From positions 807 through 64,806 of the forward strand of contig JAJDYL010000064.1 of NCBI GenBank assembly GCA_022825195.1: a stretch of 64,000 nt of DNA, written 5' to 3'. The position numbers and the translations under genes were made by a program. Below the pieces are notes generated by a model. That model was not told the DNA's origin, searched no databases, and worked only from the letters and a program-made list of their open reading frames with translations. The DNA comes from Alphaproteobacteria bacterium. GTDB taxonomy: Bacteria; Pseudomonadota; Alphaproteobacteria; Bin95. The first letter of the stretch is position 1; the number at the start of each line of letters is the position of its first letter. Positions 1-9,738 of the stretch are shown in pieces.

Positions 1-811
1 GCAGGCCGGACAACAGGATGCCGGCGGTGAAGGCGACAGCCATGAGGAACAGGGTCGAGGCAACCTGCTGCGGGTCGAGGCCGCCCACATCGCGCAGCCA
101 GGGCGCGGCCCAGAGCGTCTGGAGGGCGATATGGGCGCCGCAGGTTCCCGCGATCATGGGCGCGAGGCGCCAGAAGGCGCGGTCGCGATAGACCTGCCCG
201 ATGCCGGCGATCTGCGCCCGGAAGCCGCCCGCGCTCAGCATGTCGGGACGCTCGCGCGGCGCCAGCAGGAAGATCGCCGAGGCCGCGAGCGCCACCACGC
301 CGCCGAGCCCCGCGAACACGCCCCGCCAGCCGTATGCGGCGACGGCCATGTGGGCGGGCTCGGTCGCGGCCAGCACGCCGAAACCACCGAACACCATGAC
401 CAGCGAGTTGAACAGCGGCACCCGCTCCGGCGGCGCCCACAGCACCACGGCCTTGAAGGACGCCATCAGCCCGCCGGCGAAGCCGAGGCCGATCAGGAGG
501 CGCGCCGCGACCAGCGCCTCCACCGACCCGCCGGCCGCGAACAGCAGCGAGCCGGCCGCGGACACCATGAGCAGGCAGGACTGAACCCGGCGCGGCCCGA
601 ACCGGTCCAGCAGCGCGCCGAGCGGCAACTGGAACGCGCCGAACGCGAAGAGGTAGGCCGCCGTAATCAGGCCCAGCCCCTCCGCCGACACGCCGATATC
701 GCGCTCCAGGTCCACCACCACCACCGCGTTCACCGCGCGCAGCAGGTAGGACATGAAGTAGCCGAGGCCGAAGGGTGCGACGACGGCGGCCCAGAGGCGC
801 CAGAGGCTCAT
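1..811 (-). CDS. MFS transporter (partial; start codon at 811, C-terminus beyond window start)
   Basis: Reverse-strand translation from ATG (revcomp of cat 809-811) gives MSLWRLWAAVVAPFGLGYFMSYLLRAVNAVVVVDLERDIGVS..GLITAAYLFAFGAFQLPLGALLDRFGPRR.., hydrophobic MFS-like N-terminus; not in ORF track because no stop inside window. Confidence 0.65.
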   Translation of the reverse strand, partial: MSLWRLWAAVVAPFGLGYFMSYLLRAVNAVVVVDLERDIGVSAEGLGLITAAYLFAFGAFQLPLGALLDRFGPRRVQSCLLMVSAAGSLLFAAGGSVEALVAARLLIGLGFAGGLMASFKAVVLWAPPERVPLFNSLVMVFGGFGVLAATEPAHMAVAAYGWRGVFAGLGGVVALAASAIFLLAPRERPDMLSAGGFRAQIAGIGQVYRDRAFWRLAPMIAGTCGAHIALQTLWAAPWLRDVGGLDPQQVASTLFLMAVAFTAGILLSGL

Positions 812-820
812 CCGCCGACC

Positions 821-1597
821 TCACATTGCGGCGATGCCGCCGTCCACGAAGAGTTCCGAGCCGGTGGTGAAGCTGCTCTCGTCCGAGGCGAGGTAGAGGA
901 TCGCATAGGCGACCTCCTCCGCCTGCCCGACCCGCCCGATAGGCACCTGCCGGGCAAGTTTCCTGAGCGCCTCCGCGGTGCCGAACTGCTCCTTGTAGCG
1001 GTCCAGGATCGGGGTATCGATGAAGGTCGGATGCACGGAGTTGCAGCGGATCGGCAGGCCCTGGCGCGCGCAGTGCAGCGCCACCGACTTGGAGAGGTGG
1101 CGCACGCCCGCCTTGGCGGAGTTGTAGGCGGCCATGTTGTGCCCGGCGATGACGCCGGCAATCGAGGAGATGTTGACGATGGCGCCCGAGCCCTCTGTCT
1201 CCCGGCAATGGGCGGCGATGGCGGGGATGGCGTGCTTGCAGCCGAGGAACACGCCGTCGAGGTCGATGGCGTGCACGAGGCGCCATTCCTCCAGCTCGAT
1301 CTCGGTCACCGGCTTGGTAAGGCCGATGCCGGCGCTCTGCACCAGGATATTGAGCCCGCCGAACCGCTCGACCGTTTCCGCCACGGCCGCCTCCCACGCC
1401 GCCTCGTCGGTGACGTCGTGGCGGATGAAGGCCGCGGCCGGCCCGAGTTCCGCCGCGAGCGCGGCGCCCTTCGCCTCGTCTATATCGGTGACCGCGACCC
1501 GCCCGCCCTCGCGGACGAACATCGCCGCCGTCGCCGCTCCCAGCCCCGAGGCGCCCCCGGTAATCAGCGCCACCTTGCCTTCGATCCGTCCGGTCAT
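821..1597 (-). CDS. SDR family oxidoreductase (short-chain dehydrogenase)
   Basis: MTGRIEGKVALITGGASGLGAA.. Rossmann TGxxxGxG, NSAKAG (YxxxK region), 258 aa; true ATG is internal to the 428-aa track ORF 821..2107 (upstream extension is GC shadow). Confidence 0.85.
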   Translation of the reverse strand: MTGRIEGKVALITGGASGLGAATAAMFVREGGRVAVTDIDEAKGAALAAELGPAAAFIRHDVTDEAAWEAAVAETVERFGGLNILVQSAGIGLTKPVTEIELEEWRLVHAIDLDGVFLGCKHAIPAIAAHCRETEGSGAIVNISSIAGVIAGHNMAAYNSAKAGVRHLSKSVALHCARQGLPIRCNSVHPTFIDTPILDRYKEQFGTAEALRKLARQVPIGRVGQAEEVAYAILYLASDESSFTTGSELFVDGGIAAM

Positions 1598-1610
1598 GTC
1601 GTCCGTCCCC

Positions 1611-2369
1611 CTATTTCGCGCAGAAGCCGCCGTCCACGACGAGTTCGGTGCCGTTGACGAAGCTCGACTCGTCGGAGGCAAGGAAGGCCACGCATTGCGC
1701 GACCTCCTCCGGCCGGCCGATGCGGCCGAGCGGGATCGCCTCGGCGCGGGCGTCGATGGCGCGCTGGCCGAAACGCTCGCGGTCGGGGTCGAGGATCGGC
1801 GTGTCGATGGGCCCCGGATGCACCGAGTTCGCGCGTATGTTGTAGCCGCGCCGGCCGCAATGGAGCGCAATCGTCTTGGTGACCATGTGGACGCCCGCCT
1901 TGGCGGAGCAGTAGGCGGCATAGACGGCGACGCCCCGGAGCGCGGCGACCGAGGAGATGTTGACGATGGACCCGCCGCCGCCCGCCGCCATCGCGGGCAG
2001 CGCCGCGTGACAGCCCAGATAGACGCTGTCGAGGCAGACTTCGTGGACCCGCCGCCAGCCCTCCAGCGTCTCCTGCTCGATGGTCGCCTTGGGCGCGATG
2101 CCGGCATTGTTCACCAGCACGGAGAGCCCGCCATGGTCTTCGACGCAGGCCGCGACGGCGCGGTCCCAGGCGCCGGCGTCCGTCACATCGTGGGCCAGCA
2201 CGGTCATCGACCCCCCGGCGCCGGCCGCGGTCTCTTCCGCGGCAGCCGCATCGACATCCGTCGCGACGACATGCGCGCCCTCCCGCGCCAGCAGCAGCGC
2301 CGTCGCGCGCCCGATGCCGGAGCCCGCCCCCGTCACCAGCGCGGTCCTGCCTTCGAGCCGTCCGCCCAT
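1611..2369 (-). CDS. SDR family oxidoreductase (paralog, tandem to previous)
   Basis: MGGRLEGRTALVTGAGSGIGRA.., NNAGI, YCSAKAG motif; 252 aa. Confidence 0.85.
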   Translation of the reverse strand: MGGRLEGRTALVTGAGSGIGRATALLLAREGAHVVATDVDAAAAEETAAGAGGSMTVLAHDVTDAGAWDRAVAACVEDHGGLSVLVNNAGIAPKATIEQETLEGWRRVHEVCLDSVYLGCHAALPAMAAGGGGSIVNISSVAALRGVAVYAAYCSAKAGVHMVTKTIALHCGRRGYNIRANSVHPGPIDTPILDPDRERFGQRAIDARAEAIPLGRIGRPEEVAQCVAFLASDESSFVNGTELVVDGGFCAK

Positions 2370-2396
2370 CCCCGTCTCCCTCTCGGTAAATCCGCC

Positions 2397-2438
2397 GTCA
2401 CTCTACCCTCTTGAATCCCTGCCGCGCATCCCCATCTG
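2397..2438 (+). promoter_or_regulatory. Sigma32 (RpoH)-type heat-shock promoter upstream of hsp20
   Basis: tctaccctCTTGAA(2410-2415)-14 nt-CCCCATCT(2430-2437) matches E. coli sigma32 consensus TCTCnCCCTTGAA-N13-15-CCCCATnT. Confidence 0.6.
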
Positions 2439-2544
2439 GGGGTTGTCCGAAGCTTGCCGGGTAGCGGGAGCGGAGGACGGCGGGTCCGGCCGGTGAGCGG
2501 CGGGCCCTGAGACATCGACAATCGCTTCTCAAGGAGGATGACCG
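2439..2544 (+). ncRNA. Putative ROSE-like RNA-thermometer 5' leader of hsp20 (about 100 nt, SD aaggagga at 2531-2538)
   Basis: Long GC-rich leader between predicted sigma32 TSS and ATG 2545; contains gcuugcc and cuucuc segments able to pair with the SD; ROSE elements are typical upstream of small HSP genes in Rhizobiales. Confidence 0.3.
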
Positions 2545-2994
2545 ATGACGGCATTCGATTTCTCCCCTCTCCTGCGGTCCACCATCGGCTTCGAACGGTT
2601 GATGAAGAATTTCGACCGCGTCATGAACGCCGACGCGACGGCCGAGCACTATCCGCCCTGCAACATCGTCAAGACGGGCGAGCACACCTACCGCATCGAG
2701 ATGGCGGTGGCGGGCTTCGGCGAAGAGGACCTTGCGATCGAGGCGAAAGGCGACGAGCTCGTGATCGCCGGCAAGGTCCGCAACCAGGGCGACGACCGCG
2801 TCTTCCTGCATCGCGGCATCGCGACCCGGCAGTTCCGGCGCGCCTTCCGCCTCGCAGAGCATGTGAAGGCCGCCGGCGCAAAGCTGGAGAACGGCATGCT
2901 CTCCGTCGAGCTGGTGAGCGAGGTGCCCGAGGCGCTGAAGCCCCGCCGGATCGAGATCGGGTCCGGCGCGCCGGAGGCCATCGAAGCGGCCTGA
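2545..2994 (+). CDS. Hsp20/alpha-crystallin family small heat shock protein (IbpA/HspA-like)
   Basis: FDFSPLLRSTIGFERLMKNFD..YPPCNIVKTGEHTYRIEMAVAGF..LENGMLSVEL; RBS 7 nt upstream. Confidence 0.9.
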   Translation: MTAFDFSPLLRSTIGFERLMKNFDRVMNADATAEHYPPCNIVKTGEHTYRIEMAVAGFGEEDLAIEAKGDELVIAGKVRNQGDDRVFLHRGIATRQFRRAFRLAEHVKAAGAKLENGMLSVELVSEVPEALKPRRIEIGSGAPEAIEAA

Positions 2995-3130
2995 GCGCAC
3001 ACAGCCCTCTCCCGACTTTCACGCAACCCGACGCCGGGCCTCCCCGAGGTCCGGCGTTTTCGTTCGGGGCCCGGGCGGGCGCCCCGAAACCGCCTACCGC
3101 CCGGCCCGGCGCTCGGCTAGATTGCCGGCC

Positions 3131-3964
3131 ATGACACTCTCGATCCAACCGCTTTCCGACGTGCTGGCCGCCGAGGTCCGCGGCGTCGATCTGCGCGAGC
3201 CGCTCGACGATGGCGACCGGGCCGTGCTGCACGAGGCGTTCCTCGACCGCCATATCCTCTGCTTCCGGGACCAGAAGCTGGACAAGCCGGCGCAATTGGC
3301 GGCGACGCGGCAGTTCGGCACGCTCGACGTGCATATCCAGCGCAACAAGGGCGACGACATCTCGCTCGTCCACACGGTCTCGAACCTCGACGCCGGGGGA
3401 AATCCGAAGCCGGAGGCGGCCGCGAAGGGCAACCTGCGCTGGCACTCCGACAAGTCCTACCGGACGGTGCCGTCCTGCGCGACGTTCCTCTATGCCGTGC
3501 AGGTGCCGGCCAGGGGCGGGCGTACCGAGTTCGCCAACATGAACCGCGCCTTCGAAGCCTATGCTCCGGAGCGGCAGGAAGCCTTCCGGGGTATGAAAGT
3601 GGTGCATGACTGGGTGCGCTCCTGCCAGAAGTCCGGCGAGCGCCAGGCGAGCGCGGAGGAGGCGGCGGTCTATCCCCCGGTCGCCCATCCGCTGGTGCGG
3701 CGCCACCCGGAGAGCGGCCGCGAGGCGTTCTTCATCGGCAACCACGCCTCGCACATCTCCGGGATGGACCGGGACGAGGGCGAGGCGCTGCTGGCGGAGA
3801 TCGAAGCGCACAGCACGGCAGAGCGCTTCGTCTGGCGCCACCGGTGGCAGCCCGGCGACCTGCTGATGTGGGACAATCGCTGCCTGCTGCACCGCGCCGA
3901 GGAGCGGGCCGTCGAGGCCCGGGTGCTCCACCGCACGGTCACGCGCGGCACATCGCCCTTCTGA
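3131..3964 (+). CDS. TauD/TfdA family Fe(II)/2-oxoglutarate-dependent dioxygenase
   Basis: ..[28 protein letters not shown]; ATG at 3131 preferred over TTG 3122. Confidence 0.85.
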   Translation: MTLSIQPLSDVLAAEVRGVDLREPLDDGDRAVLHEAFLDRHILCFRDQKLDKPAQLAATRQFGTLDVHIQRNKGDDISLVHTVSNLDAGGNPKPEAAAKGNLRWHSDKSYRTVPSCATFLYAVQVPARGGRTEFANMNRAFEAYAPERQEAFRGMKVVHDWVRSCQKSGERQASAEEAAVYPPVAHPLVRRHPESGREAFFIGNHASHISGMDRDEGEALLAEIEAHSTAERFVWRHRWQPGDLLMWDNRCLLHRAEERAVEARVLHRTVTRGTSPF

Positions 3965-3980
3965 AACGGAGCGCCGCTTC

Positions 3981-5636
3981 ATGGACGCGCCCACGGGCAG
4001 CGACTTCATCCGCAGCCGCATCCGCGCCGACCTTGCAGAAGGGCAGGTCGGGTCGGTCATTACCCGCTTTCCGCCGGAGCCGAACGGCTTCCTGCATATC
4101 GGCCACGCCAAGTCGATCTGCCTCAATTTCGGCGTGGCGGAGGAATTCGGCGGGCATTGCAACCTGCGCTTCGACGACACCAACCCGGCGAAGGAGGAGC
4201 AGGCCTATATCGACGCCATCCAGGAGGATGTGCGCTGGCTCGGCTTCGAGTGGGCGGGCGAGCCGGTCCATGCGTCCGACTATTTCGATACGCTCTACGA
4301 ATGGGCCGAGCACCTGGTCCAAACGGGCCACGCCTATGTCGACGGGCAATCGGCGGAGGAGATCCGGGCGGCCCGCGGCACGCTGACGGAGCCCGGCCGG
4401 CCGAGCCCCTGGCGGGACCGGCCGGCGGCGGAGAGCCTCGACCTGCTGCGCCGGATGCGCGCCGGCGAATTCGCGCCCGGCAGCTATGTGCTGCGCGCCC
4501 GGATCGACATGGGCTCGGGCAACATCAACCTGCGCGACCCCGTGCTCTACCGCATTCTCGACCATGCGCACCCGCGCACGGGCAACGCCTGGCGCATCTA
4601 TCCCACCTACGACTATGCGCACGGCCAGTCGGACGCCATCGAAGGCGTGACACATTCTCTCTGCACGCTCGAATTCGCCGACCACCGCCCTCTCTACGAC
4701 TGGCTGCTGGAGCGCGTGCCGGCTGCCTGCCGCCCGCGCCAGTATGAGTTCGCCCGGCTCGACATGACCGGAACGATCCTCTCCAAGCGCGTGCTGACCC
4801 GGCTCGTCGCGGAAGGCCGTGTGGCGGGCTGGGACGACCCGCGCATGCCGACCTTGCGCGGGCTCAGGCGGCGGGGCGTGCCGGCGGAAGCGCTGCGCGA
4901 CTTCGTCTCCCGGCTCGCGATCTCCAAGAGCGCCGGCCGGGTCGAGGCGGCATTGCTGGACCATTGCGTGCGCGAGCGGTTGAACCGCACCGCCGAGCGG
5001 CGCATGGCCGTGCTGCGGCCGCTCAAGGTGGTGATCGAGAACTGGCCCGAGGGACGGACGGAGTGGCTGGAGGCCGCCAACAATCCGGGCGACCCGGAAG
5101 CGGGCAGCCGCAAGGTTCCGTTCTCCCGCGAGCTCTGGATCGAGCGCGACGACTTCATGGAAGACCCGCCGAGGAAGTTCTTCCGCCTTGCGCCCGGCCG
5201 GGAAGTGCGGCTGCGCTACGCCTATTTCCTGACCTGCCTGGAGGCAGTGAAGGATGCGGCCGGCGAGACCGTCGCGCTGCGCTGCCGCTACGACCCGGAG
5301 ACCCGCGGCGGCAGCGCGCCGGACGGCCGCAAGGTCAAGGCGACGATCCACTGGGTCTCCGCCGCCCACGCCGGGCAGGCGCCGGTCCGCCTCTACGGGC
5401 CGCTCTTCGCCTGCGACGAACCGGCGGGCCTCGAAGACCTGAACCCCGACTCGCTTGAGGTCCTCGAGGACTGCCGCCTGGAGCCCGGCCTCGCCGGGTC
5501 GGAACCCGGCCGGCCGGTGCAATTCGAGCGCCTCGGCTACTTCGCCGCCGATCCCGACGGCGGCTTCAACCGCACGGTCGGGCTGCGCGACGACTGGGCG
5601 CGGATCAGGGCAAGGGAAGTCAGGACAGCTTCTTGA
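3981..5636 (+). CDS. glnS: Glutamine--tRNA ligase
   Basis: [23 protein letters not shown] (HIGH motif), 551 aa, class I aaRS GlnS architecture. Confidence 0.9.
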   Translation: MDAPTGSDFIRSRIRADLAEGQVGSVITRFPPEPNGFLHIGHAKSICLNFGVAEEFGGHCNLRFDDTNPAKEEQAYIDAIQEDVRWLGFEWAGEPVHASDYFDTLYEWAEHLVQTGHAYVDGQSAEEIRAARGTLTEPGRPSPWRDRPAAESLDLLRRMRAGEFAPGSYVLRARIDMGSGNINLRDPVLYRILDHAHPRTGNAWRIYPTYDYAHGQSDAIEGVTHSLCTLEFADHRPLYDWLLERVPAACRPRQYEFARLDMTGTILSKRVLTRLVAEGRVAGWDDPRMPTLRGLRRRGVPAEALRDFVSRLAISKSAGRVEAALLDHCVRERLNRTAERRMAVLRPLKVVIENWPEGRTEWLEAANNPGDPEAGSRKVPFSRELWIERDDFMEDPPRKFFRLAPGREVRLRYAYFLTCLEAVKDAAGETVALRCRYDPETRGGSAPDGRKVKATIHWVSAAHAGQAPVRLYGPLFACDEPAGLEDLNPDSLEVLEDCRLEPGLAGSEPGRPVQFERLGYFAADPDGGFNRTVGLRDDWARIRAREVRTAS

Positions 5637-6903
5637 GCGACTCGCGCGCAGCGTCGAGCGTGTTCGCAATGTCCTCGTCGGTGTGCACCACCGAGAGGTA
5701 GAACTTGCTCTGTCCCTTGAAGACGCCGCGCGCACGCAGCCCGGCATTGAAGGCGTTGGTCTTGGCCGCGTCGGCGCGCATGGTGGCGCGGTAGTCGGAG
5801 ACCTCGCCGCCGGCGAAGATGACATCGAACATGGGCGGCGAGCCCAGCACCTGCCCCTCGTGCCCGCTCTCCTCCAGCAGCGTTTCCAGCCCGTCGATCA
5901 GCGCCTGACCGATCTGCTCGTGGCGCTCATAGACACCCGGCCGGCCCAGCACCTCCAGCGTCTTGAGCCCGGCGACGGCGGCGACGGGATTGCCGCTGAG
6001 CGTGCCGATCTGCTGCGCGAAGCGCTCGCCGTCCACGCGCCCGGCATCGAAATGGGCCATGATGTCGTCGCGCCCTGCGATGGCCGCCAGCGGATAGCCG
6101 CCGCCCACGACCTTGCCGAGCGAGCACATGTCGGGCGTCACGCCGTAGCGCTCCTGCGCGCCGCCGCGCGCGAACCGGAAGCCGGTCACGACCTCGTCGA
6201 AGATCAGCACGACCCCGGTTTCCTCCGTCACCTCGCGCAGTGCTTCGAGGAACCCGGGCTTCGGCGGGATCAGCCGCTGGAACGGCTCGGCGATGACGGC
6301 CGCCAGCTCGTCGGCATGGTCGCGGATGAGCTGCACCGCGGTTTCGGCGTCGTTGTAGGGCGCGATCAGCACCTCGTCGCGGACGGCCGCGGGAATGCCG
6401 GCGCTGTCCGGGGCCGCCTGCGGGAAGTTGCCGGGCCGCTTCGGCGCCATCGACATGAGCGCATAGTCGTTCATGCCGTGGAAACCGCCCTCGAACTTCA
6501 GGATCTTGTCGCGGCCGCGGAAGGCCCGCGCGATCCGCATGGCGTAGAAGGTGGCCTCCGTGCCGCTGGAGACGAAGCGCACCTTTTCGGCGCAGGCGAC
6601 GCGATCGATCACGGCCTCGGCCAGCCTGATGCCATGTTCGTTGTTGGCGAAGAAGGTCGTGCCGCGGCCGACCTGTTCCATTACAGCTTCGACGACCTCG
6701 GGGTGGCAGTGCCCCGCCAGCATCGGCCCGGAACCGAGCAGGTAGTCGATATATTCATTGCCGGAGACATCCCAGACATGGCTGCCCTGCCCGGAGCGGA
6801 TGACGATCTCGAACGGCACATTGCCGAAGCTGCCGGCCGGCAGCACCCGGCGCGCGGTTTCTCGCAGCGCGGATTCCTCCGCGGTGAGCACGGGTTCAGC
6901 CAT
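5620..6903 (-). CDS. Class III (PLP-dependent) aminotransferase, glutamate-1-semialdehyde aminomutase-like
   Basis: ..[28 protein letters not shown]..; 427 aa; 3' end overlaps glnS 3' end convergently by 17 nt. Confidence 0.85.
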   Translation of the reverse strand: MAEPVLTAEESALRETARRVLPAGSFGNVPFEIVIRSGQGSHVWDVSGNEYIDYLLGSGPMLAGHCHPEVVEAVMEQVGRGTTFFANNEHGIRLAEAVIDRVACAEKVRFVSSGTEATFYAMRIARAFRGRDKILKFEGGFHGMNDYALMSMAPKRPGNFPQAAPDSAGIPAAVRDEVLIAPYNDAETAVQLIRDHADELAAVIAEPFQRLIPPKPGFLEALREVTEETGVVLIFDEVVTGFRFARGGAQERYGVTPDMCSLGKVVGGGYPLAAIAGRDDIMAHFDAGRVDGERFAQQIGTLSGNPVAAVAGLKTLEVLGRPGVYERHEQIGQALIDGLETLLEESGHEGQVLGSPPMFDVIFAGGEVSDYRATMRADAAKTNAFNAGLRARGVFKGQSKFYLSVVHTDEDIANTLDAARESLKKLS

Positions 6904-7510
6904 TGCGCTTCCTTTCTACTGCCGCCCGGATCAGCTCCAGGCGGTCATTGCCGAAATACATGTCGTCGCCGTCGAGGAAGAAGGTGGGCGAACCGAAGCC
7001 GCCTCGTTCCATCAGCTCGTCTGTGGTGTCGAACAGTTTCTGCTTGACGCCCGGGTCCGCGATGGCGGCGAAGAAACGCTGCTTGTCGAGGCCCGCAGCC
7101 TCGACCACTTCCGCCAGCACGTCTTCCCGGCCGATGTCGCGGTCGTCGCGCCAATAGGCCTCGAAGCAGCCCCGCGCAAACGCCGGCAACCGGCCCTCGT
7201 CAATGGCATGGAAGCAGCCGCGCATCGCCTTGACCGAGTTGACCGGAAAGACCGAAGGCTTGCCGATTTCGATGCCCTCGAAGCGGGCCCAGTCGTTCAT
7301 GTCCTTGCGGTAGTAGGCGTCCTTGGGCGGGACCGGGTTCTCGCGGCGTTGATAGACGCTCGGATTCACCTTGTTGAAGACGCCGCCGACCAGGAACGGC
7401 TTCCAGACAAGGTCGAGTCCCAGTTCGGCGCAGAAATCCTCGATGCGGTGGAAGGCCAGATACGTCCACGGGCTCGATACATCGAAGAAAAACTCGAGAG
7501 TGCTGCTCAT
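6896..7510 (-). CDS. 2-hydroxychromene-2-carboxylate isomerase / DsbA-like thioredoxin-fold protein
   Basis: LEFFFDVSSPWTYLAF..GSPTFFLDGDDMYFGNDRLELI; 8-nt overlap with upstream aminotransferase start. Confidence 0.8.
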   Translation of the reverse strand: MSSTLEFFFDVSSPWTYLAFHRIEDFCAELGLDLVWKPFLVGGVFNKVNPSVYQRRENPVPPKDAYYRKDMNDWARFEGIEIGKPSVFPVNSVKAMRGCFHAIDEGRLPAFARGCFEAYWRDDRDIGREDVLAEVVEAAGLDKQRFFAAIADPGVKQKLFDTTDELMERGGFGSPTFFLDGDDMYFGNDRLELIRAAVERKRNG

Positions 7511-7525
7511 GGCGTCGCGAGGCTC

Positions 7526-8296
7526 CTAGCGTGACACGGCGCCGCCGTCGATGGTGACGACGGTGCCCGAAATGTGCTTCGCGCGGTCCGAGGCGAGAAA
7601 GACGACGAGATCGGCGCAGTCCTCCGGCTCGCCGGGCGGCGGGTTGGTCGGCATGCATTCCTGCCAGCGTTCCTCGTCGCCGAACCGGTCGAGCGCCTGG
7701 GCGCGCATGATGGTCGTCAGCCGCTCGGTCAGGATGGGGCCCGGATTGACGCCGACGATGCGGAAGCCGTCGTCGGGGCTCTTGCCGCCTAACGCGCGGG
7801 TAAACGCAATGAGGCCTGCATTGCCGCCGGCGCCTGCGATATAGCCCGCCAGCGGTCGCTCGCCGCCGGTGCCGACGACATTGACGATCACGCCCGCCCG
7901 CTTCGCCTGGAAGACCGGATAAAGCTCCCGGCACATGTTGATGTAGCCGAACACCTTGAGGTCCCAGGCCACGCGCCAGCGTTCCTCGTCGATCATGTGG
8001 ATCGGGCCGCCGGGAATGGCGCCCGCATTGTTTACGACGATGTCGAGCTCCCCGCCCCTCTCGGCGACCAGGCGCTTGACGTTGCCGCCGTCGGAAAGGT
8101 CGAGCGGATGGATCGTGACCGCGACATTGTGCCTCCCGCGGATGTTGTCCCGGGCGCGTTCGAGATCGGCCGCCGTCCGCGCCACAAGGTGCAGGTCGCA
8201 GCCTTCCTCGGCGAAGAGTTCGGCGCAGGCGAGCCCGATGCCTTTCGAGGCGCCGGTAATCAGCACGGTCTTTCCAGCCAGACTCAGATCCATTGG
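7526..8296 (-). CDS. SDR family oxidoreductase
   Basis: MDLSLAGKTVLITGASKGIGLA..NNAGA..; internal ATG at 8296 (track ORF extends to 8377). Confidence 0.85.
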   Translation of the reverse strand, partial: PMDLSLAGKTVLITGASKGIGLACAELFAEEGCDLHLVARTAADLERARDNIRGRHNVAVTIHPLDLSDGGNVKRLVAERGGELDIVVNNAGAIPGGPIHMIDEERWRVAWDLKVFGYINMCRELYPVFQAKRAGVIVNVVGTGGERPLAGYIAGAGGNAGLIAFTRALGGKSPDDGFRIVGVNPGPILTERLTTIMRAQALDRFGDEERWQECMPTNPPPGEPEDCADLVVFLASDRAKHISGTVVTIDGGAVSR

Positions 8297-8617
8297 ATGA
8301 GGTCCCCTTTGTAATCGTCCTGTGTTTCGGGGCAGGGAACACCGGATAGCCGCCGACGGCAAGGCCGCTGCGCCCATGTTCGGCGAACGGCCCCTTTTTC
8401 GTGCCGTTGTGCAGAATTATGATACCGTTGGTCATTGTGGCGCGAGTCGGCGGCAAGATCTCCGCCGCTTTCCGCAACTCTTGACGAAGGCCCGCGGGAG
8501 CCGAAAACACCTTGCCCCTGTTGCTCCGGGAGTACGTCCCGCGTCGACCGGCGAGGCAGGATCGAAAGAGACCGGCACTTACCGTTGTGCCAACGACACT
8601 GCAGAGGAGCAGATGCC

Positions 8618-9613
8618 ATGAACAGGTTCATCCCGACAACCGCGCTGGCGGCGGCCGCCTTGCTCGGCGCCAGCCTCGCCGCCGGCGATGCCGCGGCCCA
8701 GGAACGCAAGTTCATCTCCATCGGCACAGGCGGGCCCACGGGCGTCTATTTCGTGGTCGGCAATTCCGTATGCCGCATGGTCCACAAGGAAGCCGCCGAA
8801 GGCCGGAAGAAGGGACGTAAGCACGGCATCCGCTGCGCTGCCCCGTCCACCGGCGGCTCGACCTACAATATCGGCCAGATCTGCGCGGGCGAGCTCGAAT
8901 TCGGCGTCGCCCAGTCCGACTGGCAGTTCCATGCCGTCAATGGCAGTTCGGAGAAGGTCACGAATTGCCCCGGCCTGCGCGCCGTCTTCTCGGTCCATCC
9001 CGAGCCCTTCCACCTGATTGCCGCCGACGGCTCCGGCATCGGCTCCTTCACCGACGCCAAGGGCAAGCGGATGAACATCGGCAATCCCGGCTCGGGCCAG
9101 CGCGGTACCACCGAAGTGCTGATGGAAGGCCACGGCATGAGTGCGGACGACCTGGCGGTGGCGACCGAGCTGACCTCGTCCGAGCAGTCCCAGGCGCTCT
9201 GCGACGGCAAGATCGACGCTTACGGCTACACGGTCGGCGTGCCGAATGCGGGCGTCGCCGTGGCAACCGACGGGTGCGGGGCTTACATCGTCAACCTCAA
9301 CAGCGATGTCGAGAAGAAGCTGGTCGCGGAAAATCCCTACTATGCGTTCGCGACGATTCCCGCCGGCACCTACAAGACGACCGCCGAAGACGTCACGACC
9401 TTCGGCGTCATGGCGACCTTCGTCACGCATGAGAACGTGCCCGAGCAGGTGGTCTACGAGGTCACTCGCGCGGTAATGGAGAACCTGGACGACTTCCGGT
9501 CCCTCCATCCCGCCTTCGCCAATCTCGATCCGGCGAACATGACGATGGACGGCCTCTCCGCGCCCCTGCATCCCGGCGCCGAGAAGTACTACAAGGAAAA
9601 GGGCCTGAAATAG
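8618..9613 (+). CDS. TAXI-family TRAP transporter solute-binding subunit (signal peptide)
   Basis: MNRFIPTTALAAAALLGASLAAGDAAAQERKFISIGTGGPTGVYF..; ggag RBS; 331 aa. Confidence 0.85.
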   Translation: MNRFIPTTALAAAALLGASLAAGDAAAQERKFISIGTGGPTGVYFVVGNSVCRMVHKEAAEGRKKGRKHGIRCAAPSTGGSTYNIGQICAGELEFGVAQSDWQFHAVNGSSEKVTNCPGLRAVFSVHPEPFHLIAADGSGIGSFTDAKGKRMNIGNPGSGQRGTTEVLMEGHGMSADDLAVATELTSSEQSQALCDGKIDAYGYTVGVPNAGVAVATDGCGAYIVNLNSDVEKKLVAENPYYAFATIPAGTYKTTAEDVTTFGVMATFVTHENVPEQVVYEVTRAVMENLDDFRSLHPAFANLDPANMTMDGLSAPLHPGAEKYYKEKGLK

Positions 9614-9738
9614 CCTCGGTCCCTGGCGGCCGGCGCTCCAAGCGGGCGCCGGCCGTTTCTTTTTGACCATCTATCGCCCCGCAGGGCGGCGACCGGGCGC
9701 ATTACAGCCCTGCGGCAGCGGGAAACGGCGGTCCTGAC

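Noticed and set aside
131-1657. 508-aa plus-strand ORF spanning the MFS and SDR genes
   Set aside because: Antisense shadow frame of real minus-strand genes; Arg/Pro/Gly-rich low-complexity translation typical of high-GC off-frames
2669-5825. Long minus-strand ORFs (504 aa and 628 aa) antisense to TauD and glnS
   Set aside because: No family signatures, RPG-rich; the plus-strand genes carry clear HIGH/TauD motifs
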